A DNA stretch of 64,000 nt, from contig JAWBAI010000008.1 in assembly GCA_038816475.1 (NCBI GenBank), forward strand, positions 9,400 through 73,399. The letters are read 5' to 3'. Position 1 is the stretch's first letter. Each line of letters begins with the position of its first letter. Source of the stretch: Desulfurococcaceae archaeon (GTDB taxonomy: Archaea > Thermoproteota > Thermoprotei_A > Sulfolobales > Desulfurococcaceae). This document shows positions 19,693-29,535 of the stretch, one piece after another. Under the pieces are notes generated by a model, which saw only the letters and a program-made list of their open reading frames with translations, searched no databases and was not told where the DNA came from. The position numbers and the translations under genes were made by a program.

Positions 19693-20454
19693 TTGAAGAA
19701 ACCTCTATTTCTCAGAGTTCTTGAACTACTACGTGATAACCAAGGGCTTCAGCTTAGGGAAATTTCAACATTGCTGGAATCGTCGGTGAATAAAGTCAGA
19801 GCAGTCCTCTACGAGCTAAAAGCTAAAGGCTACATTGAAAAAGCTGGGAAAACGTACGTATTAACCGATAAGGGAAGAAGATTCTTAGAGTACATAGAAC
19901 ACACCAGAACAGCTACCGTGAAGGCGGAGACAGCTGAGCAGGATAAAACTCAAGTAACTCCTCAAACAAAAACCTCAATAAAGGCGTCCGAGCAAATTAC
20001 TGTTGAAACCGACAGAGAAAGACAAACAGTTGAATTAAAAGCAGAGACTGGAGATGTCAGGTTGATGTTGGAAAACGTACTAACTAAAGTACATGATCTC
20101 GAGAAGAAAATTGCCAATCTTGAGAGAACAGTCAGGGACATTGAAAAAGCTATTGAATCTTTGCACAGGAGGAAACAAGAGGAGTTTTCTATCGAAGCAC
20201 CTATTATGCCCTACAGCTACGCGCAGGCCAAGCTGGGTGGACTGCTCGACAAGTTAATAGCTGAAAACAAACTTGTAAGAGTAGGTTCACTTGTTGTTGA
20301 TGCACAGTTCTTCAGCGAGTTCAAATCAAAGTTTCCAATTAAAGTATCAGACTTAGATAAGCTCACTTCTCACGAGAGGGTTCTTCTCGAGGAGATGAGA
20401 AAGGAAGCACTGGTAATTCTTCACGCAGGTAGAGAGTACAGGCTTATAGACTAA
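19693..20454 (+). CDS. Winged-helix / coiled-coil protein of unknown function
   Basis: N-terminal wHTH (YVLTDKGR), Thr/Glu linker, heptad repeat segment, compact C-terminal domain. Confidence 0.65.
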   Translation: MKKPLFLRVLELLRDNQGLQLREISTLLESSVNKVRAVLYELKAKGYIEKAGKTYVLTDKGRRFLEYIEHTRTATVKAETAEQDKTQVTPQTKTSIKASEQITVETDRERQTVELKAETGDVRLMLENVLTKVHDLEKKIANLERTVRDIEKAIESLHRRKQEEFSIEAPIMPYSYAQAKLGGLLDKLIAENKLVRVGSLVVDAQFFSEFKSKFPIKVSDLDKLTSHERVLLEEMRKEALVILHAGREYRLID

Positions 20455-21554
20455 GCCTCTTCAGCTTCCTCGTACTCCTCGGTTATAACTGGGGCGTACT
20501 TCTCCGGGTTTCTAATACCATCAGGACATCCTTTGCCGTGTCGAATCGGGTTTTCTAACCTACTGAGAAGCACTACCCTACTGGGTACAGACTCGCTGAG
20601 TAAAATGTACCCTGTTAATTCAGCGAGCTTTGCAGCGTAGGCTTTAACCTCGCTGTGACTCGGCATATTATCCCTGGTGAGTCTTCCTTTGCTACCACCT
20701 AGGTACATGTAGGCTTTTACCTCAACGTAGTGGGGATAACCTCTTTCAATGAACTTAGCGAAAGTTCTAAGGGCTTCCTCGTTATCGTTGAAACCTTTAA
20801 CGAGGGTTATTCTGAATGTTACCGGGGATCTAAACGACCTGACTAAGTCAATTGTTTCCTGGAAAAGCTCCCAAGCTCTGGGAACTAGTGGCCTGTTGAA
20901 GTACTCGTACACATTCTTGGTCCAGGATTCAAAGCTTATGTAGAGTTGAGAAGGCTCCTTACTCAGGTTTTTGAGAACGTCAGGTCGTGTTCCATGCGTA
21001 ACGAGGAAAGTTGTAATGCTTCTCTTGTGGTACTCCTCTATTAGCTCGCTAAGTCTAGGGTATAGTAGTGGTTCGCCCGCTAAGCTTATTGCAGCATGCT
21101 TCGGGTTCATGGCTTCTTCAACCATCTTCTGATCAGCTTTAGGATTCCCCTTGTAGCCAGCCACGATCTGCTTGTGTACTCTTATGCTCTCTTCAACTAG
21201 AACCTCTGGGTCGTCAACAACTGGTGGTCTCGTATCGTCCCAGTGCATTCCTATGTCCTCTGGTTCCACTCTCCAGCAGTGCAAGCACCTGTTCCAGCAC
21301 CATGCTACCACTGGTGTCATCTGTATGCATCTGTGGCTTTCGATACCATACCATAAGCACTTGTAGCAGAATCTACGTCTCAGTATAGCTTCCTTCGTCC
21401 AATGGCAACGTTTAACAGCACCAATGGTTCCTATTATATGGTAGCCTTGTTTAAGCAACCTGTTGTACAGTGCTTTGTAAACTGGACTACTACTCCAGAA
21501 CTCTTCTCTTCTCAGCTTTATTGATTTCAAGTCCAGCAAGTAAAACCCCTCCAC
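20451..21554 (-). CDS. taw1: 4-demethylwyosine synthase (radical SAM, Taw1/TYW1)
   Basis: VKRCHWT, CYK..YGIESHRCIQMTP, CWNRCLHCWR, HAAISLAGEP, EVKAYM. Confidence 0.93.
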   Translation of the reverse strand: MEGFYLLDLKSIKLRREEFWSSSPVYKALYNRLLKQGYHIIGTIGAVKRCHWTKEAILRRRFCYKCLWYGIESHRCIQMTPVVAWCWNRCLHCWRVEPEDIGMHWDDTRPPVVDDPEVLVEESIRVHKQIVAGYKGNPKADQKMVEEAMNPKHAAISLAGEPLLYPRLSELIEEYHKRSITTFLVTHGTRPDVLKNLSKEPSQLYISFESWTKNVYEYFNRPLVPRAWELFQETIDLVRSFRSPVTFRITLVKGFNDNEEALRTFAKFIERGYPHYVEVKAYMYLGGSKGRLTRDNMPSHSEVKAYAAKLAELTGYILLSESVPSRVVLLSRLENPIRHGKGCPDGIRNPEKYAPVITEEYEEAEEA

Positions 21555-21683
21555 GAACTCCTGTAATCAATACTGGGTAATATCCTGCGTTGCAAAGCTG
21601 ATAACCTTTAGTATGGTTTCTATGATTCTCTTAGAGCCCGATAGTACGCATTAATATACCCTAGAGCACATTATAGTTAAGGT

Positions 21684-21738
21684 AGTGTGATGACCGAATC
21701 CGTGTCGGATTAGTGAAGAAGGTCGGCGTTGCTGAGGC
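21684..21738 (+). ncRNA. Box C/D guide sRNA
   Basis: GTGATGA(21687)-CCGAATCCGTGT-CGGA-TTA-GTGAAGA-AGGTCGGCGTTG-CTGA(21735); TATA-like TTAATATA upstream. Confidence 0.78.
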
Positions 21739-21748
21739 TTGAACAAAA

Positions 21749-22279
21749 ATGCCGCGTGTATTCAAAGTTAGAACTACTCTTGGTGCTACAGTTGAATTAG
21801 AGCTTATTGAGAAAACGAAAGATCTACTAGTATTCAAGGATAGGAGAACAGGGAAACTCTACAAACTCAGAGTAGAAAGAGCCAATGATGGAAAGTACAT
21901 TATGAACATAAATGGTGAGCTCTACTCTGTTTTCTCCAGTGAATTGCACGGTGTATACGTTAATTCCGAGCCTCTGCTGGTAGACAGCATATCGTACATC
22001 GATGTCGTGGAGTCGAAGGAGTTAAAAGCGGAAAAACCCGCTGGTCCTAGAACGGCTGAACCAGGGTTAATACTATCTCCTATAACGGGGAAAATACTAG
22101 AAGTTAAAGTAAAACCGGGTGACAAAGTCAGCAGGGGTGACGTAGTTCTCTTAATGGAGTCTATGAAGATGGTCATTGAGGTGAAGTCTGATCTCGACGG
22201 TGTCGTAGAGGAGGTTTACGTGTCCCCCGGAAGTGCTGTGAAAAAAGGTGAAAAACTAGTTAAGATAAAGCAGCTATAG
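21749..22279 (+). CDS. Biotin carboxyl carrier protein
   Basis: SPITGKI..VKPGD.V..GD, ESMKM biotinylation motif. Confidence 0.9.
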   Translation: MPRVFKVRTTLGATVELELIEKTKDLLVFKDRRTGKLYKLRVERANDGKYIMNINGELYSVFSSELHGVYVNSEPLLVDSISYIDVVESKELKAEKPAGPRTAEPGLILSPITGKILEVKVKPGDKVSRGDVVLLMESMKMVIEVKSDLDGVVEEVYVSPGSAVKKGEKLVKIKQL

Positions 22280-23827
22280 TGGAATATTACTATGTTTTCT
22301 CATTGGTAGAGCTTCAACGCGTTTTCCTATTAAAACTCTAAGAGCCTCGTAGATCTTTCTTCTCGTATCAGCCATGTCTATTACGTCATCCACGTACCCA
22401 AGTTCAGCTGCCCTGTAGGGATTAGCGAAGATCTCCCTGTACTCTCTCAGTTTCTCAGCGTAGAAAGCCTCAGGATTAGGTGATTTCTCGATCTCCTTCC
22501 TATAGAGTATTCTAACAGCGCCCTCGGGTCCCATGACAGCTATCTCGGCGGTTGGCCAAGCATAGTTTACATCGCTTCCGAGAGCATAGCTTCCCATGGC
22601 TATGTAGGCTCCACCGTAGGCTTTCCTCATGATAACGGTGATCTTTGGGACTGTGGCTTCAGCGTAAGCGTGGAGAACTTTTGCTCCATGCTTTATTATC
22701 CCTCCGTGCTCCTGATCCACACCAGGCATGAAACCAGGTGTGTCAACAAGGGTTACTATTGGTATGTTAAAGGAGTCGCAGAATCTAACGAATCTCGCAA
22801 TTTTATTGCTAGCATCAATGTCTATGACTCCTGCGTTGACTGCAGGCTGATTTGCTACAATACCGACTGTATATCCACCTATTCTTCCGAAGCCAATTAC
22901 CGCGGTTCTGGCGTAGTTGGCTTGTACTTCTAGGAATTCACCGTCATCTACGATAAGCCTTATTACCTGTTTCACATCGAATGGTTTAACGGGGTCTGTT
23001 GGAACGATCTCGTAGAGTTCATCGAGTCTCCTATCCACAGGGTCTTCGGTTTCTACGTAGGGAGGATCCTCTGCGCTGTTGCTGGGTAAGTACGATAGTA
23101 GCTTTTTAACTATGTCGAATGCTTCTTCCTCGGTTTCAGCAACAAAGTGTGCTACTCCACTTATAGAACCGTGAACATCTGCGCCACCAAGCTCTTCAAA
23201 GGTTACACTTGCACCTGTTGCTGCTTTAACGACTTCGGGACCTGTGATGAACATGTACGAGCCTTTAACCATGATCACGAAGTCCATTAGTGCTGGGCTG
23301 TAGGATGCTGCTCCTGCGCAGGGACCTAGTATGAGAGCGATCTGAGGTATAACGCCGCTGGCTTTCACGTTCATGTAGAAGATCCTTCCACATCCGTGGA
23401 GAGCTGCAACACCTTCTTGTATTCTAGCACCGCCTGAATCGTATAAGCCTATGACTGGGACACCGCTCTGCATGGCTAGCTCTATTGTTCTAGCTATTTT
23501 TTCTCCATGAGCTTCTCCAATACTTCCGCCTAGCACAGTGAAGTCCTGAGCATACACGTAAACCAGTCTTCCGGCTATTCTACCGTAACCCGTTACAACA
23601 CCGTCTCCATAGTACTTCACTTTGTCAAGTCCGAAATAGGTTGACCTGTGAACTCTAAGCCACTGGAGTTCAACGAAGGATCCAGGGTCCAAAAGCTTTT
23701 CCAGTCTTTCTCTAACCCATAGCTTACCCTTCTGCTTCTGCTGTTCAATCTTGTCCTTACCTCCACCCAGTGTAGACAGTTCTCTCAGTTCAGTGAGCTT
23801 CTTTAGAAGCTCCTCGTGACTACTCAT
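22274..23827 (-). CDS. Acyl-CoA carboxyltransferase (propionyl-CoA carboxylase beta / methylmalonyl-CoA decarboxylase alpha)
   Basis: DFTVLGGS, DSGGARIQEG, DTPGFMPG, RKAYGGAY, KHSNIPL. Confidence 0.92.
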   Translation of the reverse strand: MSSHEELLKKLTELRELSTLGGGKDKIEQQKQKGKLWVRERLEKLLDPGSFVELQWLRVHRSTYFGLDKVKYYGDGVVTGYGRIAGRLVYVYAQDFTVLGGSIGEAHGEKIARTIELAMQSGVPVIGLYDSGGARIQEGVAALHGCGRIFYMNVKASGVIPQIALILGPCAGAASYSPALMDFVIMVKGSYMFITGPEVVKAATGASVTFEELGGADVHGSISGVAHFVAETEEEAFDIVKKLLSYLPSNSAEDPPYVETEDPVDRRLDELYEIVPTDPVKPFDVKQVIRLIVDDGEFLEVQANYARTAVIGFGRIGGYTVGIVANQPAVNAGVIDIDASNKIARFVRFCDSFNIPIVTLVDTPGFMPGVDQEHGGIIKHGAKVLHAYAEATVPKITVIMRKAYGGAYIAMGSYALGSDVNYAWPTAEIAVMGPEGAVRILYRKEIEKSPNPEAFYAEKLREYREIFANPYRAAELGYVDDVIDMADTRRKIYEALRVLIGKRVEALPMRKHSNIPL

Positions 23828-23828
23828 G

Positions 23829-25004
23829 CTACTTGTACCTCCTGAGAACAGCTACAGCTGTAATAGTAGCTATTCCACCAATGTTGTGTATTAAAGCGGT
23901 CTCAGGGTTGCTTGCTTTGTATCCTGGGAAATCTCCTCTTAGTTGCATGACTGCTTCGGAGAGCTGGTATACACCTGTAGCTCCAACAGGGTGTCCACGG
24001 GCTTTCAGTCCACCGCTAAAGTTTATTTCTGGTTTATCACCTTTCTGGAATCGTCCTTCCTTGTACAGCTTAGCTGCTGTACCCTTCGGTGTGAACCCTA
24101 GATCCTCTATGGATATGTAGGCTGTTATGTGGAAAGCATCGTGCAACTCGACGTAGTCTATATCCCTTACCGTGAGGTCAGCCATTTGGAGAGCTTCACG
24201 TGAAGCCTTAACCGTTGATGCTGTTGTGAGAAGGTCCGCTCTTGAGGTTAAGTCAACACTATCTGTTGAAACAGAAACCCCGGCTACCTCCACGAGTGTG
24301 TCTTTACCCGTGATCTTTGAAACCTCTCTCGCTTTCTCCTCGCCTTTAACCAGGAGTACAACCGCTGCTCCATCACCAATAGGTGCTGAGTGGAAGAGCC
24401 TTATTGGGTCTGCTATGAGTGGGCTACTAAGTATCTCCTCCATGGTTGTTTTCCTGGGTAACTGAGCATATGGGTTGTAACTAGCGTACTCATGCATTTT
24501 GAGTGGCCAGTAGGATAGATCTTCGTCGCTGTAACCAAAGGTATGCATGTAAAGTCTAGCAATCATGGCGTTTAGTCCTGTGAAGGTGGCACCGTAGAAA
24601 ACCTCGTAGTCATAGTCAGCAGCCTGAGCAAGGGCCCTGGTTGCAGTTTCAGTAACAGCCTCTGTTAGCTTTTCGACACCTCCTACAGCTACAACATCAG
24701 CTAGTCCCGACTTAACCATCGCGTATCCTACGTATAGCGCTACGCCTCCACTTCCACAGGCTGCTTCAACCTTGAATGCAGGTAAACCTCTGAAACCGGA
24801 GTGATCTGCTACAAGAGCACCCAGGTTGTCCTGCTGCATCAGAACACTAGAAGTCATGTTACCAACAACCATAGCTTTGGGCTTTAAACCGCCTGCGTCT
24901 TCGATAGCTTTCCAGAGCGCTTCTGCGAAAAGGTCTTTTGCGTGTTTTTCGTAGAATCTACCAATCTTTGTCATTCCAACTCCAACTGCGAAAACACGCT
25001 CCAA
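23829..25004 (-). CDS. Archaeal thiolase (acetyl-CoA C-acyltransferase, SCP-x-like)
   Basis: EAACGSG, ELHDAF, GGLKARGHPVGATG, HNIGG; TTG at 25004 follows GAGGTG. Confidence 0.9.
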   Translation of the reverse strand: MERVFAVGVGMTKIGRFYEKHAKDLFAEALWKAIEDAGGLKPKAMVVGNMTSSVLMQQDNLGALVADHSGFRGLPAFKVEAACGSGGVALYVGYAMVKSGLADVVAVGGVEKLTEAVTETATRALAQAADYDYEVFYGATFTGLNAMIARLYMHTFGYSDEDLSYWPLKMHEYASYNPYAQLPRKTTMEEILSSPLIADPIRLFHSAPIGDGAAVVLLVKGEEKAREVSKITGKDTLVEVAGVSVSTDSVDLTSRADLLTTASTVKASREALQMADLTVRDIDYVELHDAFHITAYISIEDLGFTPKGTAAKLYKEGRFQKGDKPEINFSGGLKARGHPVGATGVYQLSEAVMQLRGDFPGYKASNPETALIHNIGGIATITAVAVLRRYK

Positions 25005-25105
25005 GGCAAAGAGCACCTCTGTGCCGAAACCTTCTCTTCTAATAAGTAGCTGGGTCGAAGTATATAAGTTATTGGAAGCCACCGTTGATCTAAAATTTTC
25101 AAAAC

Positions 25106-25831
25106 GTGGTGCTTGGCTACATGAGTGAACTGAATGCGCTAAGGGAACTAGCTAGTAGCATAGCAAACGAAGAGCTGAGAAGGGTGGTTTGCAGTATACT
25201 GGATAATCCTCTGCTGTCATTTACAAGCGTTAAACCCTTGATAACCTTAGAGGAATCTCCTGCAGCACCCCGTAAACACCACTTCTTCAAGGGTGGACTC
25301 GCGGTACACACTCTCTCTGTTGTGAAGATAGCACTTGCACTATCAAACGTACTCAGTGAAGTATATGGTTTAGAAGTCAACAGGGATCTCGTGGTTGCAA
25401 CAGCGATTCTACACGACATATACAAGTACTATCAGTACGCGCAGGACACCGTTTACGGTGGTTACAAACCCAGGGAAGACTGGTACCTTAGTCACGATTA
25501 CGCCGTGGTCGCAGAGCTCGCTCGAAGAGGCGCACCGGAGGAGCTTATAAGAGCCGTTTCAGAAGTACACGGACTCGTACCATTTACAACACTAGAGGGG
25601 CTCATTGTTCACTTATCTGACAGCGTAGATGCAAGGCTTGGTGAAATACTCCAGAACACAGTTTTAAACAGAGTAAGAGATTACGAGGCTAGGAACTGCC
25701 AACTCTACAAAGCACTCAACAACATGATTGAGAACCACGGTTTAAAGTACGTATTAAGGCTTGTGTTTAACAATCCTGATGAGCTTAGAGAGCTATTCGA
25801 GAAGGAGTGCAATACGCGTAGCTCTCAGTAG
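25106..25831 (+). CDS. HD-domain phosphohydrolase (YhaM-like HD domain, no OB fold)
   Basis: PAA..HH...GGL..HT, LHDIYK, VHG, HLSD..DA. Confidence 0.8.
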   Translation: MVLGYMSELNALRELASSIANEELRRVVCSILDNPLLSFTSVKPLITLEESPAAPRKHHFFKGGLAVHTLSVVKIALALSNVLSEVYGLEVNRDLVVATAILHDIYKYYQYAQDTVYGGYKPREDWYLSHDYAVVAELARRGAPEELIRAVSEVHGLVPFTTLEGLIVHLSDSVDARLGEILQNTVLNRVRDYEARNCQLYKALNNMIENHGLKYVLRLVFNNPDELRELFEKECNTRSSQ

Positions 25832-25840
25832 ACCTCGCGG

Positions 25841-26860
25841 GTGACAGTTGTGCATGAAGTAAGATGGAACCCGCTCGTAAAACAATGGGTAATAGTAGCA
25901 GAGCATAGGTCTATAAGACCATGGCGTCCTGAGGAGAAGACCAAAGTGTACACATGCCCATTCTGTCCGGGTGCACCAGAGCTAGCTCATCTGGAGAAAT
26001 GGGATGCTGTATCATTGCCAAATAAATACCCAGCGTTAATCGAAGAACCTGAAAAGCCTCTTCAACCGGGCTTCAAAGGCTATAGTGTGCGGGAAGCAAA
26101 AGGGGTTTGCAGAGTCATTGTTGAAACCCCCAGCCACGAGGGGGATTTCTACACGCTTCCGCTGAGCCAGGTGATAAAGGTTGTTGAGCTCTACAGACAG
26201 GAGTTCGAGGAGCTATCCAAGAGAGAATACGTAGAGTACGTTGCTATATTCAGGAACAAGGGTAAGGAGATCGGAGTTTCACTTACACACCCGCATTCTC
26301 AAGTGTACGCTCTCCCGTTTGTTCCACCCAGAATACGAGCAGAGCTGGAGTCCATGAAGGAGTACAGCGATAGAAACGGTGGTTGCCTGATCTGCGACAT
26401 AGTAAACTACGAACTAGGCGAAAACACCAGAGTAGTATACGAAAACGAGCACTTCGTGGTTCTACTACCGTACTATGCCATGTGGCCTTACGAGCTCCAC
26501 GTGTACCCAAAGAGGCATGTTCGATCAATAAGCGATCTAGAGGGCAGCGAAGTAGAACACCTCGCTGATACTCTCAGAGTTGTTACAGGGTTGTACACTG
26601 TTCTCCTAGAACGGGATGCACCCTACATAATGGCTATACACAATCCTCCTTCAAAGGGTAACTATCCCTACTACCATTTTCACGTAGAGTTTTACCAGCC
26701 GTACAGGGAAAAAGACAAGCTGAAGTACGCAGCTGGCATTGAGTGGGGGTATTGGGTGTTCACCTACGACGGTTCTCCTGAGAGAAAAGCGAGTGAGCTT
26801 AAAGAGTCCTGTAAAAAACTCAAAGAGCAACTCGGTGATGTGCTTGGAAACTGCAAATGA
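25841..26860 (+). CDS. galT: Galactose-1-phosphate uridylyltransferase
   Basis: RWNPL, RPW, CPFCPG, NKYPAL, GVSLTHPHSQ, KYAAGIE. Confidence 0.92.
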   Translation: MTVVHEVRWNPLVKQWVIVAEHRSIRPWRPEEKTKVYTCPFCPGAPELAHLEKWDAVSLPNKYPALIEEPEKPLQPGFKGYSVREAKGVCRVIVETPSHEGDFYTLPLSQVIKVVELYRQEFEELSKREYVEYVAIFRNKGKEIGVSLTHPHSQVYALPFVPPRIRAELESMKEYSDRNGGCLICDIVNYELGENTRVVYENEHFVVLLPYYAMWPYELHVYPKRHVRSISDLEGSEVEHLADTLRVVTGLYTVLLERDAPYIMAIHNPPSKGNYPYYHFHVEFYQPYREKDKLKYAAGIEWGYWVFTYDGSPERKASELKESCKKLKEQLGDVLGNCK

Positions 26861-28142
26861 AACACGAGAGACCATACTAAGGTATATTCTCAACGAGTTC
26901 AAGAACACGTTCGGCGAATACCCCGAAGTAGTAGCATCTGCTCCGGGCAGACTGGATTTCCTCAACACGCATCAGGATTACAAAGGATTACCAGTTGTAT
27001 CAGTAGCGGTCAACAAGAGAACCTATGTGGCGTTATCCATGAGGCAGAACACGGCTAGAGTTGTATCGCTGAATCTGTGCATGGAGGGTGCTGAATGCGT
27101 AGACGAGTTCGATTCCAGGTCCCCCCGGTTGAAAGGTGGAAGGTTCTTCGGTGACTACGTGAGGTCGGTTGTTAAAGCGCTCCTAGAGAGTGGTTATAGT
27201 ATTGGTGGCTTCAACGCGTTGATATACAGCGAAATACCCATAGCATCCGGGCTAGCGAGTAGTGCTGCGCTACAGGTTTCACTCATAACAGGTCTCAGTG
27301 AGCTCTACGAGCTCGATCTCAACAAGAAGGATATAGCAGAGTTAGCTTACCACAGTGAACACGACATAATGGGTGTACCCTGTGGAAGATTAGACCAGTA
27401 CGGTTCAGCTATGGGCGGTATCACCAGGATTGAAACTAAGCCACCGTACATCACGAAAACCTACGCAGGGTTCAACTGGGTATTCATAGTGTTGCACTCT
27501 GGTATAAGGCACAGTACAGCTGAGATACATCCAAGACGTATAAGGGAGATCGAGGAAGGACTGAGATCACTGCTAAAGCAACCCGGTGTTCCAGGGTATC
27601 TGAGAAGAAAACTTGCGGAAAAGATAGACGAAGTGCTATGGGAGGATCTCACGTTAGAGGAGCTACAACCATACCTGGAGTACATTGATGCAGAGTCAAG
27701 GAAGAGGATAGTGTTTACGATTAAGATGAATGTTTCAACTAGGTTAGCAGTAGAGTTGCTTGAAAACCCGTCATCGAAGGCTTCGAAGAACGCGTTAAGA
27801 GACTTCTTAGAGTATGAATGTCCCAATTGTCTTAAGCCGGTAGTGGGGTTGCATGCTGATGATGTTCTAGAGCTGATCGCGGGGGTTGTCAACTATCAGC
27901 ACGTTCTCTTGAGAGACCTCTATGATGTAAGTTTGCCTGAGCTCGAGCTCATAAGGAATACAGCCTTATCAGCGGGAGCTCTCGGTGTAAAGATCTCGGG
28001 TGCAGGGCTAGGTGGTTCACTATTAGCACTAGCGCCGGATAAGAACAGCGCGGAAAAAGTAGCTATGGCTACGAGAGGTGTTACCAAGGCCACCTGGGTT
28101 GTTGAAGTGGATGAAGGAACCAGAGTAGACTACCTTAGATAG
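26838..28142 (+). CDS. galK: Galactokinase-like GHMP sugar kinase
   Basis: APGRLDFLNTHQDY, PIASGLASSAA, CGRLDQY, KISGAGLGG; overlaps galT end; start 26838 or 26844. Confidence 0.75.
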   Translation: MCLETANETRETILRYILNEFKNTFGEYPEVVASAPGRLDFLNTHQDYKGLPVVSVAVNKRTYVALSMRQNTARVVSLNLCMEGAECVDEFDSRSPRLKGGRFFGDYVRSVVKALLESGYSIGGFNALIYSEIPIASGLASSAALQVSLITGLSELYELDLNKKDIAELAYHSEHDIMGVPCGRLDQYGSAMGGITRIETKPPYITKTYAGFNWVFIVLHSGIRHSTAEIHPRRIREIEEGLRSLLKQPGVPGYLRRKLAEKIDEVLWEDLTLEELQPYLEYIDAESRKRIVFTIKMNVSTRLAVELLENPSSKASKNALRDFLEYECPNCLKPVVGLHADDVLELIAGVVNYQHVLLRDLYDVSLPELELIRNTALSAGALGVKISGAGLGGSLLALAPDKNSAEKVAMATRGVTKATWVVEVDEGTRVDYLR

Positions 28143-28186
28143 TGGAATCATAAATAAAGCTATTCTGGGGTAAAGGGTGTTAAGCC

Positions 28187-29146
28187 TTGGACGTTCTAGG
28201 TATTGACAAATCCGTCGTTGAGAAAGTTGCTAGAATACTAAAGCACCAGGATAGATCCTCTGTTCCGCGAATAAACGTGTTCGATGAAAGGTTTTATCCA
28301 GCACGTGGTGAGGATCCAGAGCGGGTTGCACGGTACTTACTAGTAATGGTAGCCATGGATCACAGATTAAGCAGACCAGGTAAACCCTATGAAGCCTGTC
28401 TTGAGGACGGTTGCTACAGAGGTGCTGATCTACTCTACAGGCTAGGTGCTAGGAAGTACCACGAAGACCCCGAGTTCTTTAGTCCTGAGAGGTTGAGCAG
28501 GATGAAGATGGAGGATGTTAGATCATGGCTTAGAGTTGGAGACCTGGTTGAACCACCTGATGTACCCCTGAGAACAATGCTACTAAGAGACCTCGGCGTG
28601 AAGCTTCAGAAGCTGTACAATTCCAGTGTAACAGAGTTGATCAACGCGAGTAATAGCAGAGTACGAGGTACTCTTGAAGCACCAGGTTTGGTGGACAACT
28701 TGAGAGTGTTTAGAGCTTACGAGGACCCGGTGGAGAAGAAGGCTATGCTACTGGCAAAATTCCTCGTTTACAGAGGATTGTTCAATCCCATCGATCGTGT
28801 TGATGTTGCGGTTGATAACCACTTAACCAGGATATCGCTGAGGCTTGGTCTTGTAATGGTATCAGGACCTATGTGGGACAAGATCAAGACTGGCGTAGAG
28901 TTCACCTACGAGGAGGATGTACTACTAAGGCTTACCGTTAGAAGAGCATACATGTATCTCTCCGAGAGGTCCGGTTACTCACCAGCTGAAGTCGACGACT
29001 TCTTCTGGATCATGGGTAGAACGGTGTGCTTAAGAGATTCCCCACCTCTGTGCGAGAAGTGCTTGTTTAAGAGTGCATGTAAGGCTAGAAGAAACACGGC
29101 GTTCATGGTAAACGAGCCCGTTTACTACAACATCTGGTACTACTGA
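28187..29146 (+). CDS. HhH-GPD-like glycosylase-fold protein with C-terminal 4Fe-4S loop (queuosine-salvage-like)
   Basis: EDPVEKKAMLL, VAVDNHLTRISLRLG, VDDFFWIMGR, C-x6-CxxC-x5-C. Confidence 0.6.
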   Translation: MDVLGIDKSVVEKVARILKHQDRSSVPRINVFDERFYPARGEDPERVARYLLVMVAMDHRLSRPGKPYEACLEDGCYRGADLLYRLGARKYHEDPEFFSPERLSRMKMEDVRSWLRVGDLVEPPDVPLRTMLLRDLGVKLQKLYNSSVTELINASNSRVRGTLEAPGLVDNLRVFRAYEDPVEKKAMLLAKFLVYRGLFNPIDRVDVAVDNHLTRISLRLGLVMVSGPMWDKIKTGVEFTYEEDVLLRLTVRRAYMYLSERSGYSPAEVDDFFWIMGRTVCLRDSPPLCEKCLFKSACKARRNTAFMVNEPVYYNIWYY

Positions 29147-29160
29147 AAGAAGGTGATTCG

Positions 29161-29526
29161 TTGAGCGGAGGAAACAGCTCCACTAGGTCACTAGAAGATG
29201 TACTACGGCTTGGAAAACTCGAGAGGCTTATTATGGAGTACTTTATACGCCATATCAGTGCTGGTGACATAATAGCTGTTCTAGACTTGAAAGAAGAAGT
29301 TAAAAAGAGAGCGCGAATGGGTGAAGTTGACCTAGTAAGTGAGCTAGACGATGCCTTTATAGTAAAGGAACTCTATGTAAAACTCGCACTACTCGTTAAA
29401 GACGGGTTCTTGGAGTACAGGAATGGTGTTTACAGGCTTCCTCAGTGGATCATAGACATTATTAAATCCAAGAAAGGGGGTCTATATCCTGGTGTTCCCA
29501 AGAGTCTCGAAGAACTATTAAATTAG
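29161..29526 (+). CDS. PolB1-binding protein PBP2-like winged-helix protein
   Basis: EYFIRHISAGDIIA..DLK and GFLEYRNGVYRL resemble the crenarchaeal PBP2 pattern as recalled. Confidence 0.65.
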   Translation: MSGGNSSTRSLEDVLRLGKLERLIMEYFIRHISAGDIIAVLDLKEEVKKRARMGEVDLVSELDDAFIVKELYVKLALLVKDGFLEYRNGVYRLPQWIIDIIKSKKGGLYPGVPKSLEELLN

Positions 29527-29535
29527 GAGACGTAT

